From NCBI GenBank assembly GCA_964637135.1, contig CAZWTX010000013.1, positions 1 through 59,919 of the forward strand: a DNA stretch of 59,919 bases. Direction: 5' to 3'. The translations under genes and the position numbers were made by a program. Positions 37,268 through 47,095 of this stretch are shown here, piece by piece; position 1 is the stretch's first letter, and every line of letters starts with the position of its first letter. A model generated the notes under the pieces. That model was not told the DNA's origin and made no database searches. It was given only the letters and a program-made list of their open reading frames with translations. Origin of the DNA: an uncultured Methanospirillum sp. Its GTDB lineage: Archaea; Halobacteriota; Methanomicrobia; Methanomicrobiales; Methanospirillaceae.

Positions 37268-39133
37268 CTATGTGTTCTTTCCGTTCTTCTGTTCATCCTC
37301 GAAACGGCGCATTTCACGTTCACGTAGTTCCTTACGCCTGATCTTCCCGGATATGGTCTTCGGCAGCTCGGTAACAAACTCGACTCTCCGGGGGTACTTG
37401 TAGGGAGCGGTAACCGCCTTGACATGTTCCTGAATCTCCCGTGCCAGTTTTTCACCAGGCTCAAATCCCGGCTTGAGAACGATGAACGCCTTGATCACGA
37501 ATCCCCGGATGATATCCGGCGACCCGACAACCGCAGATTCGAGGACTGCCTGATGCTCGGAAAGGGCATTTTCAACCTCGAACGGACCGATACGGTACCC
37601 GGATGCCTTGATGACATCATCATCCCTGCCGACGAACCAGAGGTATCCGTCCTCGTCCATCCGACCACGGTCGCCGGTATAGTAAAATCCGTTCCTGAAA
37701 GAGGATTCATTTGCATCTGGATTATCAAAGTACTCGACGAAGAGGCCGACCGGGCGGGGATCCACCTTAATTGCGATGGAACCCTCTTCTCCCGGCTTGA
37801 CCGGCCGGCTGGCATCGTCGTGGAGCTCAACCACCCAGCCGGGGGCGGGCTTGCCCATTGATCCGTACTTCGGTTTCATACAGGGGAAGGTTCCGACACA
37901 GAGGGTCGTCTCAGTCTGACCGTACCCCTCGAAAATCTCAAGGCCGGTCATATCCTTCCATGCCTTGATCACCTCAGGGTTGATCAGTTCACCGGCACTC
38001 ACGCAATGGCGAAGTTCTGAAAAATCGTACTTACGCAGGTCAGCCATGATGAGCATCCGGTAGATCGTCGGCGGGGCACAGAAGGTCGTGACCCCGTACT
38101 TCTCGATCAGCGGGAGGAGTTCGGTTGCATTGAACCGACTCCGGTAATCATAGACGAAGATGGCTGTTCCCTCGATCCACTGACCGAAGAGTTTGCCCCA
38201 TGCAGACTTCCCCCAGCCGGTATCGGAGACCGTGAAATGGAGATCGTTCGGTTTGAGATCATGCCAGAACCGGGCCGTCACAATATGGCCGAGGGCATAA
38301 CTCTGGGAATGAACGACCATCTTCGGCTCGCCGGTCGTTCCCGATGAGAAGAAGATAAGCATCGGATCGGTTGACCGTGTCTTGCGCATTCCCCGCAGAT
38401 TCGTGATCCGCGAAGATACCGGGGCAGGGTAATCAAGTTCGGTGATATAGGAGATCCACCCGTCCCGCTTCGTGTCGGTGATCATCCGTGTCGCAACGGT
38501 CGGACATGAGGCTCTGACCGCATCGACCTTCTCGGCATTCTCCGCGTTCGTGATCACCATCTTGACCTCCGCGGCATTGATCCGGTACTCAAGATCCTTG
38601 GTGGTCAGCATGGTCGGCGCAGGGATATAAACCGCCCCGATCTTCATCAGAGCTATTGCGATAAACCACCATTCCGGCACCCGGGGAAGCATGAGGAGCA
38701 CCCGGTCACCCTTACTGATCTTGTACTTGATCAACATGTTCACGATCTGGTTGGATCGCTGTGAAATGTCGCGGAACGTGAAGAAATGTTCCTCTCCGGC
38801 CTGGTTGGTCCAGACCATGGCAAGTTTGTTCCGGTCTTTGCGGGCCCAGGCATCGATCACGTCAAACCCGAAATTGAAGTACTCCGGCACCTCGATCCTG
38901 AAGTTACGATAGGTCTCCTCATAACTCTGCATGTTATGCCTGATCGTTGGTGGGGAATCGTCGATGATCGGGCTTGATTCGCCACAGGGGTAAATCCCGA
39001 ATCCGGATAGTTTCTTGAGCTGTTTCGTGCAGGCTTCACTGATCCAGTCAGAACGGGAGAGCTGTCGTGCGGTGCACTCCTGATCAATCCGTCCGGTCAG
39101 ATCATCGTCCATCGTGATCGAGTACCGTACCAT
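37268..39133 (-). CDS. Medium-chain acyl-CoA synthetase with N-terminal ribbon-helix-helix domain
   Basis: SSGTTGEPK, DTGWGK, YGQTET, GD, GR.DD, PKTISGKIRR; N-terminus MVRYSITMDDDL...SRSDWISEA. Confidence 0.9.
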   Translation of the reverse strand: MVRYSITMDDDLTGRIDQECTARQLSRSDWISEACTKQLKKLSGFGIYPCGESSPIIDDSPPTIRHNMQSYEETYRNFRIEVPEYFNFGFDVIDAWARKDRNKLAMVWTNQAGEEHFFTFRDISQRSNQIVNMLIKYKISKGDRVLLMLPRVPEWWFIAIALMKIGAVYIPAPTMLTTKDLEYRINAAEVKMVITNAENAEKVDAVRASCPTVATRMITDTKRDGWISYITELDYPAPVSSRITNLRGMRKTRSTDPMLIFFSSGTTGEPKMVVHSQSYALGHIVTARFWHDLKPNDLHFTVSDTGWGKSAWGKLFGQWIEGTAIFVYDYRSRFNATELLPLIEKYGVTTFCAPPTIYRMLIMADLRKYDFSELRHCVSAGELINPEVIKAWKDMTGLEIFEGYGQTETTLCVGTFPCMKPKYGSMGKPAPGWVVELHDDASRPVKPGEEGSIAIKVDPRPVGLFVEYFDNPDANESSFRNGFYYTGDRGRMDEDGYLWFVGRDDDVIKASGYRIGPFEVENALSEHQAVLESAVVGSPDIIRGFVIKAFIVLKPGFEPGEKLAREIQEHVKAVTAPYKYPRRVEFVTELPKTISGKIRRKELREREMRRFEDEQKNGKNT

Positions 39134-39212
39134 TAGTACGATAAGGTGCACCAAAAGAGAAAAGGGTTGGTGTAACGATACCGGCTCAAGGACCGGCATC
39201 TGAAAAGTGCGG

Positions 39213-39467
39213 TCAGCTTTCGAGTCCGGACTCTTCAACCATCCGGATCGCTTTCTTCGGGCATTCGTTGGCGCAGATGCCACATCCCTTGCAGTACTCG
39301 AGATCAATCTCGTAGCTGCTGTCGATCACGCCGTCCGGACAGTACATCGCACACATCCCGCATGAGTTACATTTTTCCCGGTCGACCACCGGTCGGAAAA
39401 CCCGCCAGGTTCCGGTCGGACCGGCGCAACCCTCCGTGGGCCGGGATATTGCCAGTCGCTCCCTCAT
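39213..39467 (-). CDS. porD: 2-oxoacid:ferredoxin oxidoreductase delta subunit (2x4Fe-4S)
   Basis: TGTWR..RP, two CxxCxxCxxxCP motifs. Confidence 0.9.
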   Translation of the reverse strand: MRERLAISRPTEGCAGPTGTWRVFRPVVDREKCNSCGMCAMYCPDGVIDSSYEIDLEYCKGCGICANECPKKAIRMVEESGLES

Positions 39468-39994
39468 ATCTTCATCTCCTCGTAGGCCATCATTGCTGCA
39501 TTCAGGTTCCGCTCGTCGGCAAACATCTCGGATATCGCCGCCCGGGCAGATTCACGTGAGAACAGCCCGAGTCGTGCCAGTGCACCGATCACCGGGGTAT
39601 TCAGGATCGGGCTTCCGGCAACCCGGAGATTGTTCCTGAGGGCGATCCCGGTAAGGTCAACGGAGTACGCCTCGTACTGCCCTGCAGATACGGGAATCTC
39701 CGGTGCATTGATCAGTACCCGTCCACCCGGCCTGAGTCCTTCGTAGACATTGACAAGGTCGAGGATGCTCGGATCCAGCACCACGATCATATCCGGCTGG
39801 TGTATCTGTGAGTACACCCGGATCGGCTGATCGTCAATCCGGATGAACGAGACGATCGGAGCACCCCGCCGTTCGGCGCCATAGAACGGAGCGGCGGTCG
39901 CATATTTGCCATCCCTGAACGCTGCAAGGGCAACCAGCTTTGCGGCGGTCACCCCGCCCTGTCCTCCCCGGGAATGAAGCCTGATCTCGTACAT
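39464..39994 (-). CDS. porG: 2-oxoacid:ferredoxin oxidoreductase gamma subunit
   Basis: RGGQGGVTAA, YGAERRGAP. Confidence 0.92.
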   Translation of the reverse strand: MYEIRLHSRGGQGGVTAAKLVALAAFRDGKYATAAPFYGAERRGAPIVSFIRIDDQPIRVYSQIHQPDMIVVLDPSILDLVNVYEGLRPGGRVLINAPEIPVSAGQYEAYSVDLTGIALRNNLRVAGSPILNTPVIGALARLGLFSRESARAAISEMFADERNLNAAMMAYEEMKI

Positions 39995-41100
39995 CAGTCA
40001 GTCACCCCGAACCAGTGCTCTTCCCCGATACGACGGTTTCTGACAAAGGAAGCGATATCGTGGTAGGTAACCTCCTGGCCGCCGAGCCCGGCGATCACAC
40101 TGTAACAGTCCATGCCAGTCTTCGCCTTAATAGACGCAGCGGTTATCCCGCCAAACCCGAACGAATAATTCCGGTCGATGACCACGAGTTCACGTCCTTT
40201 CAGGTCAAGATCCGGGAACGGACGTACCCAGCGGAGCCGCATCGAACCGGCTTTTACGCCCTCTTTCCTGAGAAGATCGACCGCGACCTCGGCCTCTTTT
40301 CCAAGAGTTCCCATTGCGATCACGAGAACCTCCGCGTCCTCGCAGCGGTAATCCTCCGTCCAGGAATAGGACCGCCCGAACCGCCTGGCAAACTCGCTCT
40401 CCGTCTCCCTGATGACGGCAATAGAATCCCGCATCGACCGCTCGATATCATACCGGATCCTGAAATAATCAGCCGCAGAGGTCATGCACCCGTATCCTCC
40501 CGGGTTTGCCGGATCAATTTTATGATCGAGAACAAGCGGCGGGATGAAGTCTCCTGCCTCGACCTCCTCCAGCTGCTGGGAGATGTGGGAGAGGGTGAAC
40601 CCGTCGAGGTTCACCATCACGGGGAGATACACCCGGCGGTCCTCGGCGATCCTGAACGCCATGAGTGTCGCATCGTATGCCTCCTGGACGGTCGAGACAT
40701 AGACCTGGAGCCAGCCGGTGTCCCGGGCCTGGAGGGAATCGGTATGCTCGGCCCAGATATTCCAGCCTGGCCCGAGTGCCCGGTTCACGTTTGCCATGAC
40801 AATCGGGAGCCGTGCCCCGACCGCCCAGTTCACCATCTCATGCATGTAGAGCAGACCGTGAGAACTGGTCGCGGTGAACGTCCGTGAACCGGTGATACTT
40901 GCCCCGATACAGGCGGCCATCGCAGAGTGCTCGCTCTCGACCGGGATGTACTGGGCTTTCAGTGCCCCTGCGGTGACATAATTGGCGATCTGCTCGACGA
41001 TCTCGGTCTGGGGAGTGATCGGGTACGCCGCGACCACCTTCGGCCTGGCTTCCTTCACGGCTGCCGCAACCGCATTGTTCCCGGTAGATATGCTCAGCAT
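39994..41100 (-). CDS. porA: 2-oxoacid:ferredoxin oxidoreductase alpha subunit
   Basis: AYPITPQT, ESEHSA, TATSS.GL, NR. Confidence 0.92.
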   Translation of the reverse strand: MLSISTGNNAVAAAVKEARPKVVAAYPITPQTEIVEQIANYVTAGALKAQYIPVESEHSAMAACIGASITGSRTFTATSSHGLLYMHEMVNWAVGARLPIVMANVNRALGPGWNIWAEHTDSLQARDTGWLQVYVSTVQEAYDATLMAFRIAEDRRVYLPVMVNLDGFTLSHISQQLEEVEAGDFIPPLVLDHKIDPANPGGYGCMTSAADYFRIRYDIERSMRDSIAVIRETESEFARRFGRSYSWTEDYRCEDAEVLVIAMGTLGKEAEVAVDLLRKEGVKAGSMRLRWVRPFPDLDLKGRELVVIDRNYSFGFGGITAASIKAKTGMDCYSVIAGLGGQEVTYHDIASFVRNRRIGEEHWFGVTD

Positions 41101-41987
41101 GACTGGTCTGCCTCCCGTTTCAACAGTCTCAGGTTCCGCTCAAGATCCTGCTGCATTCTCGTGACCTGTTCCTCCGTGAGGGTGGAAAATCTCCCTTGTA
41201 TCTTCAGGTAATCCGTGAGCGGGGCTGGTTTGAGCATTGCTGCTTTTGTCGGTCCGGAAAGAGTGAGAGCATCATATTCACGCTCGTACATGGCCCACAT
41301 TCCGGTCTTGACGGCAAGTTTTCCGACTTCTATCGTCTTCTCGGTGGAGTACCGCCACCCTGGCGGGCAGGGGGCAAGCACATGCATGAACTTCGGACCC
41401 CTGACAGAGAGGGCCTTCTGCACCTTCCTGGCCAGATCCTGTGGATAGGCACTGCAGGCGGTTGCCATGTACGGCAGGTTATGAGCGGCGATGATCCGGT
41501 CGAGATCCTTCTTGACATGGATCTTCCCTCCCGGTGTCGTCGTCGTCTTCGCCCCGAGCGGGGTGGAGCCGGATCGCTGCATCCCGGTGTTCCCGTAGGC
41601 CTCGTTGTCATAACAGATATACAGGAAGTTGGTACCCCGTTCAAGTGCACCGGAGAGCGCCTGTATCCCGATATCAACCGTACCTCCGTCGCCGGCATAC
41701 GCGATCACATTCGTATTCTTCCCCTGCTCCTCAAACGCCGCAGCCATACCTGACGCAACTGCAGCAGCCGCAGCAAACGCCACATTATACACCGGAATGT
41801 TAAACGAGGTGTTCGGGTACACACCCTGAAGAACACTGGTGCAGCAGGCCGGAACCACAAGGACGGTATCAGGTCCGGCTGCATTCAGAACATGCCTGAG
41901 AATCAGGGATGAACTGCAGCCGGCACAGGCCGTAGAGCACTTGTGGATATATTCAGTCTCTACCCCGGTCATGACGGTCGGTACCAT
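41094..41987 (-). CDS. porB: 2-oxoacid:ferredoxin oxidoreductase beta subunit
   Basis: ACAGC, GDG...DNEAY.NTG TPP motif, PCP.GW. Confidence 0.92.
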   Translation of the reverse strand: MVPTVMTGVETEYIHKCSTACAGCSSSLILRHVLNAAGPDTVLVVPACCTSVLQGVYPNTSFNIPVYNVAFAAAAAVASGMAAAFEEQGKNTNVIAYAGDGGTVDIGIQALSGALERGTNFLYICYDNEAYGNTGMQRSGSTPLGAKTTTTPGGKIHVKKDLDRIIAAHNLPYMATACSAYPQDLARKVQKALSVRGPKFMHVLAPCPPGWRYSTEKTIEVGKLAVKTGMWAMYEREYDALTLSGPTKAAMLKPAPLTDYLKIQGRFSTLTEEQVTRMQQDLERNLRLLKREADQSC

Positions 41988-42056
41988 TTGTTCTTCATGA
42001 TAAATAATGATGATTTGATCTGTTTTTCTTCCGGAAAACATCCCTATCCAGGGATA

Positions 42057-42347
42057 TTACGGGAATCGTTTGCAGAAAAATGACCTGCAGTGTGCCGGCC
42101 GGGAGGAATATGCCGCACAGGTATACTGATCGCCCGGCCCGATCCTGAGAAACGGGCAGGCATCCGGATGGGTGGATCGGAGGGCATCATCAGCCTCTCC
42201 ATCATGAACCGGGGCTGTGCGGGCGAAGAACCGGTCTTTTGAGAGCGTGCACCGGCAGTGATGTTCACGGCCTGATATCGATCGCTCGATGATGATGTAC
42301 GGCTTCATGTGAAAACAGCACCGCCCGCACCGGGTACAGTTGCTCAT
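42057..42347 (-). CDS. YkgJ-family cysteine cluster protein
   Basis: CxxCGxCC, CPFL, C..Y..RP..CR.F.C. Confidence 0.85.
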   Translation of the reverse strand: MSNCTRCGRCCFHMKPYIIIERSISGREHHCRCTLSKDRFFARTAPVHDGEADDALRSTHPDACPFLRIGPGDQYTCAAYSSRPAHCRSFFCKRFP

Positions 42348-44152
42348 ACCCGCTCCCGATCGGTATACCCGGTGATCGCCTCAAGAAACTGCAGGCCGTA
42401 TCGTTTCAGCTTGTGTTCCCCGACTCCGTAGACAACGAGCAGCTCGGGGAGGGTCCTTGGCATCTGCTTTGCCATCTCCTTCAGGGTCCGGTTCGGGAAT
42501 ATCTGAAACGGCGGAACGTCCTCTTCGTCGGCAATTATTTTCCTGACATCGCGGAGAATCTCGTAGAGATTGGAGATATCCGCCTCATCAGCCGCCTCCT
42601 CTTGGACCTGCCCGAGTGTTGCCTGGAACTCCGGTTCAGCAATCCGGACCGGGATCGATCCTGACAGGGCACTGGTAGTTCTCGCGTTTTTCCGGACCGT
42701 CGGGTACCGGTTTCCATGACTTGTCAGAAACCCGCAGAAGACCAGTTCCCTGATCCAGAAGATCCACTGGGCACGCCGATACTGTTTTCCTGCCCCGAAA
42801 CTCGCGATCCGGTCATGTCCGTTCCGCCTGACCTTTTCATCAGCGGTTCCGGAGAGGATGTCGGCAACATAGGAGACCCCGAACCGCTCCTCGATCTCGT
42901 CAAGACACCGTGTTATCATGGTGAGTACGCCCCTTCCGTCGATCGTCTTCCTGCCGGTCTCACATGCATCGCAGCCGTTGCAGGATGGTTCGTCATACGG
43001 TTCGCCAAAGTAGTTGAGCAGGACGGTTCTCCGGCAGGCCTTCGTCTCGCAGAACCCAATAATATCATGGAGCTTGCGGAGCGCCACCTGTCGTTCAATC
43101 CCGTCTCCCATCTGCTCGATAAGGTACTCTATCTTCCTGAAGTCCTTGCGTGAATAGAGAAGGAGACATTCAGCCGGATCCCCGTCACGTCCGGCCCTGC
43201 CGGTCTCCTGGTAATAATGCTCAATATTCTTTGGCAGGTCATAATGGATGACATATCTGACGTCAGGCTTGTTTATCCCCATTCCAAAGGCAACGGTGGC
43301 AACAATGATCCTGACCTCATCGCGGAGAAACTTCTCCTGCACATCATTCCTGCGTGCAGGAGGGAGATCGGCATGGTATGGATGCGCATCAAACCCGTTC
43401 TGCCGGAGCAGGGCTGCAAGATCCTCGACCTGTTTCTTTGAAAAACAGTAGATAATCCCCGATTCGTCCCGGTGCCGGTCAAGGAAGTCGATAACCTGGA
43501 TTTCAGGGGTTTTCTTCTCCTCGATCCGGTAGAAGAGATTGGCACGGTTGAAACTCCCGATAAAAACCGCCGGGTCGCGGAGGGAGAGCTCGGTGATGAT
43601 ATCTGACCTGACCGACGGGGTTGCTGTCGCGGTGAGGGCAATGATCGGAACATCGGGAAGTTCGCGCCTAATCACCGATAACTGGCGGTATTCCGGCCTG
43701 AACTCGTGTCCCCACTGGGAAATACAGTGGGCCTCGTCGATCGCTACCAGGCTGATCGGGATGCTGGCAATCGACGAAAGGAAGGAGGGCTGGACGAGCC
43801 GTTCGGGCGAAAGATAGAGGATCCTGAGCGTCCCCGACCGGATCGCCGCATCGATCTCCTTCTTCTCGGCGTATCCGAGCGTGCTGTTCAGGTAGGCTGC
43901 AGGGATACCTGCTTCTTTGAGGCCGTCAACCTGGTCTTTCATGAGGGCGATAAGCGGGGAGACGACAATGCCCATCCCTTCGCGGATCATCGCCGGAATC
44001 TGGTAACAGACCGATTTTCCGCCACCGGTAGCGATAACCGCGAGAACATCCCGCCCCCCGGTGATTGCCGTAATGATCTCCTCCTGCTGCGGCCGGAATG
44101 AGGGGTACCCGAACCATTGTTTGAGGATGGAAGCAGGAGAGGAAGCCGGCAT
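42344..44152 (-). CDS. recQ: ATP-dependent DNA helicase RecQ
   Basis: TGGGKS.CYQ, DEAHC.SQWGH.FRP, QETGRAGRDG, RQC Zn site, HRDC. Confidence 0.96.
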   Translation of the reverse strand: MPASSPASILKQWFGYPSFRPQQEEIITAITGGRDVLAVIATGGGKSVCYQIPAMIREGMGIVVSPLIALMKDQVDGLKEAGIPAAYLNSTLGYAEKKEIDAAIRSGTLRILYLSPERLVQPSFLSSIASIPISLVAIDEAHCISQWGHEFRPEYRQLSVIRRELPDVPIIALTATATPSVRSDIITELSLRDPAVFIGSFNRANLFYRIEEKKTPEIQVIDFLDRHRDESGIIYCFSKKQVEDLAALLRQNGFDAHPYHADLPPARRNDVQEKFLRDEVRIIVATVAFGMGINKPDVRYVIHYDLPKNIEHYYQETGRAGRDGDPAECLLLYSRKDFRKIEYLIEQMGDGIERQVALRKLHDIIGFCETKACRRTVLLNYFGEPYDEPSCNGCDACETGRKTIDGRGVLTMITRCLDEIEERFGVSYVADILSGTADEKVRRNGHDRIASFGAGKQYRRAQWIFWIRELVFCGFLTSHGNRYPTVRKNARTTSALSGSIPVRIAEPEFQATLGQVQEEAADEADISNLYEILRDVRKIIADEEDVPPFQIFPNRTLKEMAKQMPRTLPELLVVYGVGEHKLKRYGLQFLEAITGYTDRERV

Positions 44153-44334
44153 GATAATAGAGATTGGTCAGGAAATGAGAAAAGGAGGTAGGACGATTCC
44201 TCCTGCAATAGAATGAGTGAACTGGTGGCCCGGACGGAATCATCCGAAAGGTTCATCAACAAGAACCCTGATACGTGAGTATCTGTATCGCACTCTGCCA
44301 GGGAGTAATCCCGGGAGTGAAGGAGGGTGAAATT

Positions 44335-44901
44335 ATGGGGACATTTCTCGTTGAACATAACGCTGAAGATATTTCTCTTGAACCGGAATCCGCAGTGCAG
44401 ACGATTAATAAGGCACGGAAAGGGGCACGGGTCGCAGGCAACCTGCAGGTCGTCGAGTTTATCCTCGGAAACGAACTCTTCGCCATCGATCTGTTTGACA
44501 CCCGCGAAGTGATCAACTCGACTGAGATCACCCCCCTTCCCAATACACCCTCTTTTATCAAGGGAATCATCGATCTGAGGGGGATAATCACCACCATCAT
44601 TGACCTCAAGGAGATGATGCATATCACCCAGGAGGCGGGCGGGAAAAAGAAATCCCGGATCATCGTGCTGGATCACAATGTATCTGAGAAGATGATCGGG
44701 GTTCTTGTTGATGATGTCCTTGCCGTCACGACCTTTACCGACGATGATATCGACAAGGATGCCCACGCCTCGAAGAATACCGATCGGGACATCCTTGGTA
44801 TCATCAGGAAGAAAGTAAAGACCGGCGAGCGGGAGCGGAGCGAACTGATCATCTGGCTCGATATAAAAACGATGATCAAGAAGATCGAACTGGATCTGTA
44901 A
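44335..44901 (+). CDS. cheW: Chemotaxis adaptor CheW
   Basis: VVEF.LG.E.FAI, ITPLP..P.FIKGIIDLRG, GVLVD.V. Confidence 0.92.
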   Translation: MGTFLVEHNAEDISLEPESAVQTINKARKGARVAGNLQVVEFILGNELFAIDLFDTREVINSTEITPLPNTPSFIKGIIDLRGIITTIIDLKEMMHITQEAGGKKKSRIIVLDHNVSEKMIGVLVDDVLAVTTFTDDDIDKDAHASKNTDRDILGIIRKKVKTGERERSELIIWLDIKTMIKKIELDL

Positions 44902-45246
44902 TCAGATCCACCCTTTTTTTGCACAATCCGTTGCTGGTATGATAGATCGATAGTATGAACATGGAGCTCCGGCAGGGTCGAAACCGGGAATCACGAAAAG
45001 GTAAATAATCCCCATTATCAATACTAGTTAAGTGATCTAAAATGATTACAATCATCCGGTAGATTTCGCCCGATGACAATCATTTTTCTACGTGTGTGTA
45101 ATATGAAGGATGAACTACGTGTCACAAGGTATGCATAAACCGGAATATTATTCGGCATAGTACTCTCAATATTCTATTGAGGTATTAGTGCCAGGTTTGA
45201 TGATGGTTCTTTGGAACATACCTATTTCGATTCATTCAGAGGTTTT

Positions 45247-46260
45247 ATGAATTCTAAAATATGTGTCATTCTGATCCTGTTTCTCTTTGGCATGACCCTG
45301 CTTGCCGGCTGCACCACAGCAGAGCAGAAAGCTTCCGAACTAAAACCATCTCCCACGACCAGGGGCGATAATCCGGCAGATGGGTCTCAAAAGGACACGA
45401 AGACCGGGGAAGTGAAAACAACTACCACAGAACCGGGAACTGGTAATGACGAGAAATATTACTACAATATCAGGATCATCCCCCCGGCAACACTCGAAGA
45501 CATGGAGCGTGAGATCGGAACCGGCGAGTACGTGATCCGGAACGAGGATGGTGATCTGATCGGTATTGTCTCTCCCCGCAGTCTCGCCATCCGGGGTGAT
45601 CTGGTCAGGCTTGCAGAGGAGTCTGAAACAGGCGGAAAGGTCTTTGACAAAACCGACATTGCAACCCATCTCGTCGATGTTGCCTTCGGTATCGATAATG
45701 CCAAGCTCCAGCTCTTCAAGTCAAACAAGGACTACCAGTTCTGGTTTGACGCATATTACACCGAGGATGATGTGAAGTACATCCTTGAGATGGCGAAGTA
45801 CCTGAACACGCTCTCCGATACAACCCAGTTCGAGGATGAAGAGGTCGCCCGGGGCTTTTTAAAGAGTAATTACGAGGAGATCCCGTACAACTACTACAAC
45901 ATCAAGATCATCCCCGAGAATATGCTCGAGGATTTCAAGGATGAACGCAAGCCTGAGGAACACCTCATGAAGGATCCGGAAGGAAACCTGATCGGCATGG
46001 TGGCACCCGATCACCTCTACCTCCTTGAAACCCTCTCAGATGAAGACCGGAATTATTACATCAGGAGAGGAATCTTCTACAGCATGGGCCTGCACGGAAC
46101 CACGTACTCAGAGCAGGACAGTTTCTTTGTCAAGGAGATCGGAAAGAACACCGAGCTCAGCTCGCTCGACGAGGAAGCAGTCAAACTCCTCTACGGTGGA
46201 CGGCTGACCACCGGCATGAGCCTTGAAGAGACGAGAAAGACCCTCGGACTTGACAAGTAA
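45247..46260 (+). CDS. Lipoprotein of unknown function with internal duplication
   Basis: Lipobox LLAGC; repeated YYNI.IIP...G.LIG.V.P segment. Confidence 0.75.
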   Translation: MNSKICVILILFLFGMTLLAGCTTAEQKASELKPSPTTRGDNPADGSQKDTKTGEVKTTTTEPGTGNDEKYYYNIRIIPPATLEDMEREIGTGEYVIRNEDGDLIGIVSPRSLAIRGDLVRLAEESETGGKVFDKTDIATHLVDVAFGIDNAKLQLFKSNKDYQFWFDAYYTEDDVKYILEMAKYLNTLSDTTQFEDEEVARGFLKSNYEEIPYNYYNIKIIPENMLEDFKDERKPEEHLMKDPEGNLIGMVAPDHLYLLETLSDEDRNYYIRRGIFYSMGLHGTTYSEQDSFFVKEIGKNTELSSLDEEAVKLLYGGRLTTGMSLEETRKTLGLDK

Positions 46261-46270
46261 CCAAAGACCC

Positions 46271-47095
46271 TTACTCTTTTTTCGCCAGGTGACGGTATAC
46301 CCTGGCCATGAGATCATGCTCTCTGATCCCTTTTTCAAGACCTGCCCGGGTCCGTGCTGATCGCTCAAGGGGGATCCAGGAACAATCACAATCCGCATCC
46401 CAGAGAATGAGCCCGTCAGGCGGGGCAGGTTTCACCTTGTTCCTGCATGATCCTGAAAGCATGACACGGATCCCGTCACCGGTAATCTTCCCTTCTGCCG
46501 CCAGTCTGAGGGCGCCGGCGATGCATCTCACCTGATGCCAGAGGAAACTCTCCGCCGAGATCTCAAGCCACCAGCCTGCGGCATCCCCGTAGAGACGGAT
46601 ATCCCGGATTGTCCTGACCGGGTTTTTTCCCGGTTCAAGGCGGGCAAAACAGGTGAAATCATGTCTTCCGAGGAAGAGATCCCGGCAGGCTGCGGCAAGG
46701 GAGGGATCCCCGTCAAAGGAGTCATAGTAGTACCGGTATGTCCGGTTCGAGACCGCAAAACGGGGGTAGAATGCTTCATCAACGACCGCGTAGCGGTCTG
46801 CCCAGATATCAGGCGGTAACTGTCCGTTCAGTGCCCTGACAGCCCGGCCGGGATGATCTGTCGTGAATGCAAGGATCTGAGTCCTGGCGTGCACCCCCCG
46901 GTCGGTCCGTCCAGCAAGGGAGAGCCGTGATTCCTGCCGGTCACGAATCAATCCTGCACGCAGGCATGCTGCACCGATCTCTCCCTCCACCGTCCGCTGG
47001 TCTGGCTGGAACTGGGATCCGGCAAATCCCCCCCCGAGGTACCCGATCTGAAATGCGAGCCTTACCGGTGTATTCTCCGCCGTATCTTCCGCCAT
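46271..47095 (-). CDS. truA: tRNA pseudouridine(38-40) synthase
   Basis: Y.G..F.G.Q.QP..RTV, AGRTDRGVHA, FLWHQVR. Confidence 0.95.
   Translation of the reverse strand: MAEDTAENTPVRLAFQIGYLGGGFAGSQFQPDQRTVEGEIGAACLRAGLIRDRQESRLSLAGRTDRGVHARTQILAFTTDHPGRAVRALNGQLPPDIWADRYAVVDEAFYPRFAVSNRTYRYYYDSFDGDPSLAAACRDLFLGRHDFTCFARLEPGKNPVRTIRDIRLYGDAAGWWLEISAESFLWHQVRCIAGALRLAAEGKITGDGIRVMLSGSCRNKVKPAPPDGLILWDADCDCSWIPLERSARTRAGLEKGIREHDLMARVYRHLAKKE

Noticed and set aside
39134..39307. N-terminal extension of the acyl-CoA synthetase to 39307
   Set aside because: Overlaps porD in another frame; the RHH domain starts cleanly at ATG 39133
40015..40887. Long antisense ORFs (also 48606-49526, 43987-44766, 22478-23191)
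   Set aside because: Shadows of well-supported genes on the opposite strand in GC-rich DNA; no motifs
44335..44901. Orphan cheW as a novel chemosensory system
   Set aside because: Dispersed cheW paralogues are common, and no receptor or cheA is nearby
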